Source: an uncultured Verrucomicrobiae bacterium
GTDB taxonomy: Bacteria; Verrucomicrobiota; Verrucomicrobiia; Chthoniobacterales; UBA10450
Length of the DNA: 64,000 nucleotides
Assembly: GCA_963772915.1 (NCBI GenBank)
Contig: CAVYZI010000006.1
Location: forward strand, 370,283 to 434,282
Direction: 5' to 3'
This document shows, one piece after another, positions 1 to 9,897 of this stretch. Under the pieces are notes generated by a model that saw only the letters and a list, made by a program, of their open reading frames with translations, ran no database searches and had not been told where the DNA came from. Position 1 is the first letter of the stretch. Each line of letters starts with the position of its first letter. The position numbers and the translations under genes were made by a program.

Positions 1-474
1 CATGTTGCGGGGCGAGACGGAGGAAGTGCAGCGCCGCATCCAGAAAGCGGTGGCCGACCGCGATGGGCCGAGTTGGCCACGAAAAATTTCCGCTTCTTCG
101 ACACCATCTGCGGAGCGACCCAGGAACGACAGGATGCTCTGCGCGAATTGCTGACCGCGAAGATGGAACTGCTCCTCGTCGTCGGCGGCTACAACAGCTC
201 GAACACGTCGCACCTCGCTGAGATGGGCGAGGAGAAGCTGCCCACCTACTTCGTGCTTAACGCCAGCCGGCTGCTCTCGGCCAACGAAATTCTCCATTAC
301 AACCTGCACGAGCGCCGCGAAGTCGTGGCCCACGACTGGTTACCGGAAGCGCCCGTCGTCGTCGGCATCACCGCCGGCGCCTCCTGCCCAAACAATCTCA
401 TCGAGGAAACGCTCATTCGGCTTTTCGAACTGCGCGGGATAGGCATCGACGAGCTCAAGGCCGCCGCTGCCTAA
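1..474 (+). CDS. ispH: 4-hydroxy-3-methylbut-2-enyl diphosphate reductase IspH/LytB, C-terminal part. The 5' end lies outside the window, and there is an apparent frame break near 65-72.
   Basis: Frame 2 from nt 2 reads MLRGETEEVQRRIQKAVADRDGP. Frame 1 (ORF 73..474) then reads FRFFDTICGATQERQDAL...VVGGYNSSNTSHL...ITAGASCP. These segments are contiguous in long-form IspH homologues. Confidence 0.85.
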   Translation, partial: HVAGRDGGSAAPHPESGGRPRWAELATKNFRFFDTICGATQERQDALRELLTAKMELLLVVGGYNSSNTSHLAEMGEEKLPTYFVLNASRLLSANEILHYNLHERREVVAHDWLPEAPVVVGITAGASCPNNLIEETLIRLFELRGIGIDELKAAAA

Positions 475-485
475 CGAGGGCTGGT

Positions 486-960
486 GTGGCTCCGACCGGA
501 AACAAAACCCCTTTCATCCGACCGGTCCGGCTCGAAGATGCCGCCGAGGTCGCAGAGCTTTCCGGCCAGCTCGGGTATCCGGTCAGCGCCAGTGAAATGT
601 CAGCCCGGCTGAGCCGAGCGCTGGCCGATCCCGACTATGTCGTGACGGTGGCGGAAGGCAGCGATGGTTCCTTGCTCGGTTGGATTGGCGCGGAGTACCG
701 CTTCCTTCTCGAAATCGGCGACGAGGTGGAGATTGTTGGGCTGGTCGTCAGGCAGGGAACCCGCCGACTTGGGGTGGGGAAGGTGCTTCTGGCTGCGGCG
801 GAAAAGTTCGCGCGAACTCGAGGGCTCGATTCCATCCGGGTCCGTTCCAACGTCGCGCGGGTCGGAATCGCATCCATTCTACGAACGAATGGGCTACGCC
901 TTGGTCAAGACCCAGCATTGCTACCGCAAGCCGCTGGGGACGCCGGACGAAGCCGCCTAA
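486..960 (+). CDS. GNAT family N-acetyltransferase, with one apparent frame break near 855-865.
   Basis: The sequence IVGLVVRQGTRRLGVGKVLLAAAEKFARTRGLDSIRVRSNVAR carries the acetyl-CoA-binding RxxGxG motif. The C-terminus SHPFYERMGYALVKTQHCYRKPL continues in the frame of ORF 664..960. Confidence 0.75.
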
Positions 961-990
961 CGAGAAGATTGGAAGGCGGCGCCCGATCGC

Positions 991-1099
991 CCGTAACGCA
1001 GGCGTCTCGCCTGCTTGGTCGTGCGGGCTTCCAGCCCGCAGCCTGGAAACGGCAGGCGAGACGCCTGCCGGACGGACAGCCGCGACGGCTGTCTTACGG
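991..1099. repeat. Nested hairpin cluster between the convergent GNAT and HNH genes.
   Basis: GCAGGCGTCTCGCCTGC (998-1014) is the exact reverse complement of GCAGGCGAGACGCCTGC (1052-1068). Each can also fold on itself through a 7-bp stem. There are inner hairpins GCGGGCTTCCAGCCCGC (1023-1039) and ACAGCCGCGACGGCTGT (1077-1093), and an outer pair CCGTAA/TTACGG. Confidence 0.8.
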
Positions 1100-1119
1100 C
1101 GGCTGCGTCGGCCTCCGGC

Positions 1120-1467
1120 CTAACGACTGGCGCGGACAGCGTTCGAACTGCGCATCGCGGCGCGAAAACCGGCCGGTCGGCCCCGAATCCAGGCGGCAAA
1201 CTTCCTGATCTCCGGATGGCTGCGCAGTTTCGAGATGCTGTTAAAGTCGCGCTCGAGTTGTTTCTCGGTCAGCACCTGGTGGATCTGCGAGTGGCAGGGG
1301 CGGCAGAGCCCGATCACTTGCCTGACGACCGCGCGATCAAACTCGCGCTTGTTGCGCTTGTTATGATGGCGGGTGCGCGGGATGAGATGATGGCGCGTCA
1401 GCCGTTCCTCGCGTTCGCAGATCGCGCAGATTCCGTGCACGCCGGAGCATTCCCGCGCGGCCCGCAT
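1120..1467 (-). CDS. Small HNH endonuclease family protein.
   Basis: The arrangement ICAICEREERLTRHHLIPR...LCRPCHSQIH (CxxC...HH...CxxCH) is typical of HNH nucleases. Confidence 0.7.
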   Translation of the reverse strand: MRAARECSGVHGICAICEREERLTRHHLIPRTRHHNKRNKREFDRAVVRQVIGLCRPCHSQIHQVLTEKQLERDFNSISKLRSHPEIRKFAAWIRGRPAGFRAAMRSSNAVRASR

Positions 1468-1593
1468 TCTTCAAGTGCGCCGCTTGCCGGAGCTGGACGA
1501 TGAGCCGGCTGCAAATTCGCCGCTCCCACGGTGCAAGCTGGGAGCTTGCGCGAACTGCTTGATCGCGGGCTGCGCCAACCAAGCCGGGCGTCG

Positions 1594-3594
1594 TTACTCC
1601 GTCGCCGTCACCAGGCGGATGTCGTCGTTCTTGCTGTCGGCGACGTAGAGGTTGCCGGCGGCGTCGACCGCGACTCCCCAGGGAATATCAAATCGCGCAT
1701 CTTTTCCCGGACCATCCGCCCAGCCGGAATCCTTCAGCTTGCCGGCCAGGGTCCGCGTGGTTCCATCAGGGGTAATCTTGCGCAAGGTGTTATTGCGCAG
1801 GTCGCTGAGATAAATGTTCCCCGCGCTGTCAACCGTCAGCCCATTGGGATTGCCAAAGGTGGCCTCCATTCCCGTTCCGTCATCATTGCCGTGTCTTCCA
1901 CTTCCACCTGCCAGCGTTGTCACTACCGCGTCGGGAGTAATCTTGCGGATCGAGGCATTGTTCGAATCCGCGACGTAGAGATTCCCCGCGCTATCCAGCC
2001 CAATCCCCTCCGGACTGTCGAATCGTGCCTCGCCGCCGGTCCCATCATTGCGCCCGCTTTCTCCGGTTTTACCGGCGAAGACTGAGACGTCTCCGTTCGG
2101 GCTGATCTTATCGATCGTCTCCAGGTTAGTGTTCGCGACAAAAATCGTCCCATCCGGAGCTGCCGCCACGCCCTCGGGGGTGTCGAAGGTGGCGCCACGG
2201 GCCAGCGTCGTGACGACCCCCTTGGGCGTGACCTTGCGGATCAGACCGTTCTGAGTATCGGCCACGATGATGTTTCCAGCCGAGTCCAACGTCAGCGCTT
2301 GCGGAAAATTGAAACGCGCCTGATCGCGCGTCCCGTTCTGGGATCCCTTGAAGCCAGCCAACCCGGCGAGGGTTTTGACGGCGCCGTTTGCTTTGATCTT
2401 ACGGATCGTGTGGTTGAAGCCGTCGGCCACGTAAAGAACGCGCCTGGCGTTATCCACCGCCATGCCGCGTGGAAAGTAGAATTGCGCCTGATTGCCGACC
2501 GCGTCATCGCTCCCCGCCATGGCGAGACCGGCGAAGGTCGTCACGACCGCATCCGGGGTGACCTTCCGGATGTTGTTGTTCCCCACAAAAGCTCCGGCGC
2601 TCACTCCATCCGCTACAAAGACATTTCCACTCGGGTCGACCGCGACTCCCTGCGGATCGCGAAACCGCGCTCGGTCGCCGATCCCGTCGTCGCTTCCGGT
2701 GGAAACTCCTCCGACGAAATCCAGGCCCTGGCCGCCACCAGGCGGGACTCTTATCACGGAAGCAAAAACCGCCTCCTTGGCGGCGTAAGCCGTCCCATCC
2801 GGGGCAATCGCCACGTCCTCGCAGGAGTTCGGTAAGGTGGCGTAGTGGGTGACGACGGCGGTTGGAGTGATCATACGAATCGATTTGTCGTCATCGCCAA
2901 CGTAAAGGTTGTCGCTCGCGTCGATGCCCAGCCCGGTGATGATCGCAAAAGTCGCCTCCGTCCCCGTGCCGTCCTTGGTCCCAAACGCGCCCGAGCCGGC
3001 GAAGGTCGTCACCACTCCATCCGGGGTGATCTTGCGAATCCGACGGTTCAAAGTGTCCGCTACAAAGACATTGCCGTCGTGATCCGCCGCCACTCCACGC
3101 GGCTGGTTGAAAAGCGCCTGGTTCCCCGGACCATCCATGAATCCGGCCACTCCCGGCACGCCCGCGAGCGTGGTCACCACCGCGTCGGGCGTAATCTTGC
3201 GCACGGTGTGATTGTTCTGCTCGACGACGTAAAGGTTATCCGCGCTATCGACCGCGATATCCGTCGGAGAGCTGAAACGCGCCTGACTGCCGGTCCCGTC
3301 GCTGCTCCCTGGCTCTCCCGGCATTCCGACGAAAGTGCTCACGACTCCACCTGGCGTGATTTTGCGGACGACCGAATTATTCCAATCGGTAACAAAGAAA
3401 TTGCCGGCGCTATCCAGGATCACTCCGTAGGGAGCGTTGAAACGAGCAAATTTCCCGACGCCATCCCGCCAGGGAATATCCTTCCAGCCTGCGATCGTGG
3501 TGACGGTGTAAGGCTCATAGATCGTGTTTGCCCCGATGGGAGATAGCGCCAGGAAGAGCAGTCCGGGTACGAGCAAGAAGAAGAACTTTTTCAT
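1594..3594 (-). CDS. Secreted NHL-repeat beta-propeller protein.
   Basis: There is a signal peptide, MKKFFFLLVPGLLFLALSP. It is followed by about a dozen repeats of the form GVAVD.AGNLYVAD..N..IRKITPDG. The frame is intact over 2 kb. Confidence 0.85.
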   Translation of the reverse strand: MKKFFFLLVPGLLFLALSPIGANTIYEPYTVTTIAGWKDIPWRDGVGKFARFNAPYGVILDSAGNFFVTDWNNSVVRKITPGGVVSTFVGMPGEPGSSDGTGSQARFSSPTDIAVDSADNLYVVEQNNHTVRKITPDAVVTTLAGVPGVAGFMDGPGNQALFNQPRGVAADHDGNVFVADTLNRRIRKITPDGVVTTFAGSGAFGTKDGTGTEATFAIITGLGIDASDNLYVGDDDKSIRMITPTAVVTHYATLPNSCEDVAIAPDGTAYAAKEAVFASVIRVPPGGGQGLDFVGGVSTGSDDGIGDRARFRDPQGVAVDPSGNVFVADGVSAGAFVGNNNIRKVTPDAVVTTFAGLAMAGSDDAVGNQAQFYFPRGMAVDNARRVLYVADGFNHTIRKIKANGAVKTLAGLAGFKGSQNGTRDQARFNFPQALTLDSAGNIIVADTQNGLIRKVTPKGVVTTLARGATFDTPEGVAAAPDGTIFVANTNLETIDKISPNGDVSVFAGKTGESGRNDGTGGEARFDSPEGIGLDSAGNLYVADSNNASIRKITPDAVVTTLAGGSGRHGNDDGTGMEATFGNPNGLTVDSAGNIYLSDLRNNTLRKITPDGTTRTLAGKLKDSGWADGPGKDARFDIPWGVAVDAAGNLYVADSKNDDIRLVTATE

Positions 3595-3792
3595 AGGAGA
3601 GCCTTTCAACAAGTGCGGACTGGGCCCGCAAACGTATTAGCGTAGGCAAATTTCTTCCTCCTCGGCAAGACTAAATTCCCGCTTCGACGCGAGGCTGGGA
3701 CATGCGAGCCACTCCTTTCCTGGCCTAACGAAAGGAGAAGCCGGTGAGCCTGACGCGCGCAAATCGCTCCCGCCCTGCGAATTCTTTTTGTC

Positions 3793-4629
3793 ATGCGCGC
3801 GATTTGGAAAGGCAGTATCAGCTTCGGACTCGTTAACATCCCGATCGCTCTCTATCCGGCGACGCGACGGGAGGATCTCAAGTTCCGTCTCCTCCGGGGG
3901 AGCGACCTGAGCCCGGTGAACTACAAACGGGTGGCGGAGAAGGACGGCAAGGAAGTGCCGTGGGAGCAGATCGTCAAAGGCTACGAGTACGAAAAGGGCA
4001 AATTCGTCGTCCTGAACGAGAAGGATTTTCAGCGGGTCGATCTCGAGGCGACCCAGACGGTCGATATCCAGGACTTCGTCGACGTGGAAGAGATCGACCC
4101 GATGTATTTCTATAAGCCGTATTACCTCGAGCCGCAGAAAGGTGGCGACAAGGCCTACGTTCTCCTCCGCGAAACGCTCGAGAAAACGAACAAAGTCGGG
4201 ATCGCGAAGGTGATCATCAAGACGCGCCAATACCTCGCCGGAGTAAAGCCGCTCAAGCACGCCCTCGTCCTCGAGTTAATGCATTTCGCAGAGGAGCTTG
4301 CCGATGCGGAAAAACTGAACGTGCCGAAGAGATCATCCGAACCGGGGAAGCGTGAGTTGGATATGGCCAAGGCGCTGGTCGAGAACATGAGCGCGGAGTG
4401 GAACCCGACCAAGTACAAAGACGATTACCGTGATGCGCTCCTCGAGGTGATCGAGGAAAAAGTAGAATCCGGCGGCGAAGAAATCGAAGAGAAGCCGAAA
4501 GCAAAGAAACCATCGTCGAAGGTGATCGACCTCGTCGCCGTCCTGCAGGAAAGCCTGGCCAAATCGCAGGGGAACGGGAAGAAGCGCGCGAGCAAGAAGT
4601 CGAAAACGAGCAGGCGCAAAGCGGCCTGA
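3793..4629 (+). CDS. ku: Non-homologous end joining protein Ku.
   Basis: The N-terminus MRAIWKGSISFGLVNIPIALYPA, the motif YYLEPQKGGDKAYVLL and a lysine-rich C-terminal tail all match bacterial Ku. Confidence 0.9.
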   Translation: MRAIWKGSISFGLVNIPIALYPATRREDLKFRLLRGSDLSPVNYKRVAEKDGKEVPWEQIVKGYEYEKGKFVVLNEKDFQRVDLEATQTVDIQDFVDVEEIDPMYFYKPYYLEPQKGGDKAYVLLRETLEKTNKVGIAKVIIKTRQYLAGVKPLKHALVLELMHFAEELADAEKLNVPKRSSEPGKRELDMAKALVENMSAEWNPTKYKDDYRDALLEVIEEKVESGGEEIEEKPKAKKPSSKVIDLVAVLQESLAKSQGNGKKRASKKSKTSRRKAA

Positions 4630-4677
4630 GCGCTGGGTAAATTTGCCCACCTGGGGACTTGGTTTTTGTTGCTTGAT

Positions 4678-4693
4678 TCAAACGAACGTTTGA
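4678..4693. promoter_or_regulatory. Candidate TetR operator palindrome TCAAACG-AA-CGTTTGA.
   Basis: It has perfect 7-bp inverted arms and lies 18-33 nt upstream of the tetR ATG at 4711. Confidence 0.45.
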
Positions 4694-4710
4694 CTAATTT
4701 TGCAGCTGTC

Positions 4711-5349
4711 ATGGCGGAACAAATGCATGCCACCAAAGTCGCGATCCTGAACGCGACCGAGCGTCTCGTCGCCGCGCACGGTTTTGGCGCGACCTCCTTG
4801 CGCGCCATCACCGCCGCCGCCGGAGTCAACCTCGCCGCGGTCAATTATCACTTTGCGACCAAGGACGCCCTCATCCTCGCGATGTTGAACCGGCGCATGA
4901 AGCCGCTCAACGAAGCGCGCCTTGCCCTCCTTGATCGCTTCGAAGCGGAAGCCGGCGACGCTCCCGTCTCGGTCGAGAAGATTCTGGAAGCGCTCTTTCG
5001 CCCCGTCTTGGAGCTGATCGCCCGGCCCTCAAAAGGCGGCCGCAGCTTCCTCCGCCTCATCGCCCTCTGCCTGGCCGAGCCGGGGGCCTACCTCAAGCCG
5101 CTCGTGCAAAAGGAATTCGCGGAGAAAAATCGCCGCTTTTACCGCGCCCTGCGGCGCAGCCTGCCGGAGCTCTCCGAGGTCGAGGCGCATTGGCGCCTCC
5201 ATTTCGCGCACGGCGCTTTCTTCCATGCCGTCGCGCATTCCCAAGTGCTCGAGTTTTCCTCGGGCGGCCGTTGTCGCCTGACCAACGTCGGTGCCGTCCT
5301 CGACCGCGTCATCACTTTCTGTGCGGCCGGCCTCCGCAGCCGCGCGTAA
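4711..5349 (+). CDS. TetR/AcrR family transcriptional regulator.
   Basis: The N-terminal HTH reads ILNATERLVAAHGFGATSLRAITAAAGVNLAAVNYHFATKDAL. The gene lies directly upstream of the efflux genes. Confidence 0.85.
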   Translation: MAEQMHATKVAILNATERLVAAHGFGATSLRAITAAAGVNLAAVNYHFATKDALILAMLNRRMKPLNEARLALLDRFEAEAGDAPVSVEKILEALFRPVLELIARPSKGGRSFLRLIALCLAEPGAYLKPLVQKEFAEKNRRFYRALRRSLPELSEVEAHWRLHFAHGAFFHAVAHSQVLEFSSGGRCRLTNVGAVLDRVITFCAAGLRSRA

Positions 5350-5363
5350 CGAATCTAAAGAAT

Positions 5364-6640
5364 ATGCCTGCACTCGAAGAAGAACCCGTTCGAAACAAGA
5401 CGTCGCGTCCCGCCAAAGCGGACGTCCTGGTCGATCCCGGTGAACATCCGATCGAAGAAAAGAAGACGCCGTTTTTTCGTCGTCGCCGGTTGGTGATTGG
5501 CGTGGCCATCGTGCTCATTCTCGCGGTCGCTTACGTCGCGACCCTTTTCTTCCACAACCTGACCCACGAGAGCACCGACGACGCTTTCATCGACGCCCAC
5601 ATCATGAGCATCGCACCCAAGATCGCCGGCAAAATCTCGGCCGTGAAGGTGAGGAACAACGAGTTCGTGAAGAAGGGCCAGGTCCTGCTCGAGATCGATC
5701 CGCGTGACGTCGAAGCGATGGTCGCGCAGAAGCGCGCCGCGCTCGAAGTGGCGCAGGCGCATCTCGAGAACGCGAAGATGTCGGCGGAACAGGCCAAGGC
5801 GCACGTCCAGACGTTGCTTGCCGTCTACGCCTCGGCGCAGGCCGAGCACAGCGGCGGCGGCTGCGGATGCCGCAGAAGGTGCAGGGCGACCTCGCGCGGA
5901 ACAAGGATCTGATCGCGAGCGGCGCGATTTCGAAGCAGGATTTCCAACATTCGCAGAGCGACACCGCTTCTTCCGAGGCGACCTTCGAGTCGAAGAAGAA
6001 GCAGCTCGCAGGCGGCGGCAGCATATGCCGAGGAGGGGAAAAAGCAGGCCGGCTCAGCGCAGGCGCAGGTCAGCGCCGCGCAGGCGGAGGTGGCCGAAGC
6101 GCAGGCGGAATTGCAGTCAGGCGGAGCTGCAGAAATCGTACACCACGATCACCGCGCCGGAAGCCGGCCGGGTGACGAACAAATCGATCGAGCCGGGCGA
6201 TTACGTGCAGATCGGCCAGCCGCTTTTCGCGATCGTGCCGCGCAACGTTTGGGTGACGGCGAACTTCAAGGAAACGCAGCTCACCCACATGCGTCCGGGT
6301 CAGCCGGCGGAGGTTGATGTCGACGCCTACCCTGCGCGCTCTTTGCGTGGTCACGTCGACAGCATTCAAGCGGGCAGCGGGGCGCGATTCAGTCTGCTCC
6401 CGCCGGAAAACGCGACCGGTAATTTCGTCAAGGTCGTGCAGCGCGTCCCAGTGAAGATTGTGCTCGATGAACAACCGAACGTGCGGGAAGTCCTCGGTCC
6501 CGGCATGTCGGCCGTGCCGGACGTGAAAGTGACAGGCAGTTTCGGACCCGCGGTCGACGGTCACGATCGTCGCCCTGCTCGCCATCCTGCTCGTGGCCGG
6601 CGCGACCATTTGGTGGCTGGGTAAAATCAAGACTCGTTAG
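5364..6640 (+). pseudogene. emrA: HlyD/EmrA-type efflux periplasmic adaptor subunit, with about 4 frame breaks.
   Basis: The pieces in order are FIDAHIMSIAPKIAGKISAVKVRNNEFVKKGQVLLEIDPRD (frame of 5190), KVQGDLARNKDLIASGAISKQDF (5867 frame), an AQAQVSAAQAEVAEAQAELQ coiled coil (6090 frame), and TTITAPEAGRVTNKSIEPGDYVQIGQPLFAIVP...LPPENATGNFVKVVQRVPVKI (5704 frame). The last segment ends at TAG 6638-6640. Confidence 0.8.
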
Positions 6641-6648
6641 GCAGGATC

Positions 6649-8230
6649 GTGGCTGGCTCGGATTCGCCTAACGCCGCGCCTGAATGGCGGCCAAGTTACA
6701 ACCCGTGGCTGATCGCGGCCGCGGTCATGCTCGCGACTTTCATGGAAGTGCTCGACACTTCGGTCGCGAACGTCTCTCTCCCGCACATTGCCGGGAATCT
6801 CTCTGCGACGACGGATGAAGCGACCTGGGTCCTGACCAGTTACCTGGTCGCCAACGCCATTATTCTTCCGGCGACCAACTGGCTCGGAAATCTGTTTGGC
6901 CGAAAACGCTTCCTCGTTTCCTGCATCGTCCTCTTCACTCTCGCTTCCGCCCTTTGCGGCGCAGCGGGCAGCCTTGGTTTTCTCGTCGTCGCGCGCGTCC
7001 TGCAGGGCGCGGCCGGCGGCGCGCTCCAGCCGATTTCGCAGGCGGTTTTGCTCGAGAGTTTTCCGCCCAAGAAACGCGGCTCGGCCATGGCCGTCTTTGC
7101 CATGGGCGTGGTCGTGGCACCGATCCTCGGGCCAACCTTAGGCGGCTGGATCACCGACAACTACAGTTGGCGCTGGGTCTTTTACATCAATCTCCCGATC
7201 GGTCTCCTCGCCGGCCTGATGGCGAACGCCGTCATCGAGGACCCGCCCTATTTGAAACGGGTGAGCGCAGCCAACATCGACTACCTCGGATTCGGCTTCC
7301 TCGCCCTTTGGCTCGCGACTCTGCAGTTCGTGCTCGATAAGGGGCAGGAGCTGGACTGGTTCGGCTCGCACACGATCGCGTGGTGCGTCACGATCTCGGT
7401 GACGGCCTTTCTCGCCTTCGTCGTGAGGGAACTGACCGCCAGCCGGCCGCTGGTCGATCTGCGTGTCCTGAAAAACCGCAATCTCGCGGTCGGCTGCGCC
7501 CTCGTCGCAATCCTCGGCGCGCTCCTGTATGGGACGATTGCGGTCCTCCCGCTCTTCATGCAAAACCTGCTCCGTTACACCGCGCTCGATGCCGGTCTGG
7601 CCTTGAGCCCGCGTGGGGTGGGCGCGTTTTTTGCCACGATTGTGGTCGGCCGGCTGGTCGGGAAAATCAGCAACCGCATTCTGATTACGATCGGCTTTCT
7701 CGGACTCGCCTATTCCTCGTTCCTCTTCGGGAACATCAACCTCAGCATCGGGATGGTCAGCATCGTCTGGCCGACGATCCTGAGCGGCATCTCGATCAGT
7801 TTCATCTTCGTCCCGCTCGCCACCTCCGCCATGGGCACTCTCAAGCAGGATCAGATCGGCAACGCCAGCGGGCTTTTTAATCTCATGCGCAACCTCGGCG
7901 GGAGCATCGGGATCGCCGGCCTGACGACTCTTGTGGCCCGCGGCGCGCAATCGAACCAGGCCGCGTTCGTTAGCCATTTCTCGCCATACAGTCCGGTCTA
8001 CCAGCAGAAGCTCGCCGCCATCCAGCACGGTCTCGCAGATGCATGAAGGCGCCTGGCGCGCGGCGCAGCAGGCGCCGCAGGTGCTCTATCGGATTCTTGG
8101 TCAGCAGTCGTTGCTCGTGACCTACGCGCACAACTTCCGGCTCTTCGGCATCCTCTGTCTGGTCACGACGCCGCTCGTTTTCTTCTTCAAGAAAGTGCGG
8201 AAAGGGAAGGCGCCGGCCGGCGTGCATTAG
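6649..8230 (+). CDS. emrB: DHA2-family MFS efflux permease, EmrB/QacA type, with one frame break near 8040.
   Basis: The sequence LDTSVANVSLPHIAGNL...RVLQGAAGGALQP and a multi-TM profile match this family. The C-terminal 60 aa (QSLLVTYAHNFRLFGILCLVTTPLVFFFKK) continue in the frame of ORF 7931..8230. Confidence 0.85.
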
Positions 8231-8257
8231 CGATCGGGCGCGCTTCTGCGCGTCGAT

Positions 8258-8285
8258 GGAGATGCGGAAGCATGTCCCTCCAGGA
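8258..8285. repeat. Partial, inverted copy of the GTCCCTCCGGAGGGAC-type double-hairpin repeat (family A).
   Basis: GGAGATGCGGAAGCATGTCCCTCCAGG matches the reverse complement of the second half of the copy at 56859-56909. Confidence 0.6.
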
Positions 8286-8288
8286 TCG

Positions 8289-8765
8289 TTAGGCGATTTC
8301 CGCCAGGGCCGCGGCGACGGCCGCCGGCAACTGCCGTGGGCCACCGCCACCGAGCTGGGCGTCGACCGTTTCCAGGCGGCGGATCAGATCGAGCACATCG
8401 CGCCGCGCCATCGGTCCGCCGGCCGCGGCACAAAAATGGGTCCGGCAACCGAAGGGCCGGTCCGGGTAGATCAGGCAATTGCCGGAAGCGTGATCGAGGA
8501 GGGGACAGGCGCCGCCAACGTCGTTAGGCAACTTCTTCCGTCCGGTCGCCCGCAAGGCTCGGGCCGCGAGGAGCGCTTCGCCTTTCGTCAGGTAGGGCGT
8601 CAGGCCGGTGAGCTTGAACTGACAGCACTCGGTCCGCCGCACGCATTGGCGCTCGATCGGCCGTTGCGCAAGCTCGGCGTAAACGCGCCGCACCTCTTCG
8701 ATTGCGGAATGGGAAGAGTCGGTGGCGGAAAACGGTCGGCGCTTCATCGGCCAGGAAGGTGACAC
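8289..8765 (-). CDS. YkgJ-family cysteine-cluster (CxxCxxCC) protein.
   Basis: The cysteine pattern CVRRTECCQFKL...GGACPLLDHASGNCLIYPDRPFGCRTHFC matches this family. Confidence 0.75.
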   Translation of the reverse strand: MSPSWPMKRRPFSATDSSHSAIEEVRRVYAELAQRPIERQCVRRTECCQFKLTGLTPYLTKGEALLAARALRATGRKKLPNDVGGACPLLDHASGNCLIYPDRPFGCRTHFCAAAGGPMARRDVLDLIRRLETVDAQLGGGGPRQLPAAVAAALAEIA

Positions 8766-8809
8766 AAAATTCTTGACGCCGCTCTACAGCCCGAATAAAA
8801 ACGCGCTCG

Positions 8810-9729
8810 ATGAACAATAAATGTTCCCCTTGGGGATCCCTCGTGGGCTGTGCTTTGCTCGCCGCCCTTTCCTTCACCGTCACCACCGCCCGTGCCGCGA
8901 CCGCCTGTGTCTGGCGCGTGACCAACGCTCCGGCGCCCTTCTATCTCGTCGGGACCATTCACGCACTCAGCGGGAAGGATTATCCGCTGCCCAAAGCCTA
9001 CGACCAGGCCCTGCACGATTCGCAGCAGTTTTTCTTTGAGATCGATCCGGACCGGCGGAGCGGGGATAAATTTTCGAAGCTGTTCGCCGCCGCCGCCGCC
9101 TACCCAAAAGGGGACGATATTCGTCATCATATTCATCCTCAGACTTGGAATTTCCTTGCGAAGAGATTCCGGGCATCCAACCTCCTCGGCAATGGCTGGT
9201 GGTTTGGTGAGCAATATATCCCGGGTCTGCAAAATATCCGGGCCTGGGCGATCGCGTATTACCTCTGGGGTATTAACGGCTACACCGATATCTTCGGGTA
9301 AGTATGGCGTCGATTACCACATCTCTTGGGAGGCGCAGCGAAAGCACGAGGCCTGTGGCGCCTTGGAAACCAGCGAGCAACATGTCGACGTCCTCGCGGG
9401 GCATGGCCGACATCGACGCCGAGCTGGTCCTGCTCGATGCGCTCGTCCGCGGCGATAAGCGCAAAGACGATTTCAACGCCATGCGCGCCGGCTGGAAACA
9501 TGGCGATCTCGGGCCGATGCTGGCGGACGAGACTCGCCAGCGCAAACTCAATCCGGGCGCGGAAATGCGCCTGCTGGACTATCGCAATCTGCGTTGGATC
9601 CCGAAAATCGAAGCTCTGATCAAAAGCGGAATTCCAACCTCGATTGTCGTCGGCACTGGACACTTCTGCGGGACGAACAGCGTCATCGAGCTCCTGCAGA
9701 AAAAGGGTTACAAGATCGAGCAACTCTAG
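8810..9729 (+). pseudogene. TraB/GumN family protein, with 2 frame breaks near 9290 and 9390.
   Basis: The N-terminal part reads CVWRVTNAPAPFYLVGTIHALSGKDYPLP. The middle GVDYHISWEAQRKH is in the 9036 frame. The C-terminal IPTSIVVGTGHFCGTNSVIELLQKKGYKIEQL is in the 9304 frame. Confidence 0.7.
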
Positions 9730-9897
9730 TCGCGTTCGTCGCTCGCGAAGCCGAGCCGGGAGACGGCCGCTGAGATCTTCTCAGGGTGAATTCTGAACGT
9801 TGAACTGCGGTTCGGCGTCTCAGAGGGGGAACTTTGCCTGCAGCGGGTGGCATTTGCCATTCCGGCGCGCCGCACCTATTGCAGAACCTCATTGCTT

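Noticed and set aside
1960-1969. GTTCGAATCC, a tRNA T-loop-like string.
   Set aside because: It lies inside the NHL-repeat gene, and there is no acceptor, D or anticodon arm around it. I found no tRNA in the window.
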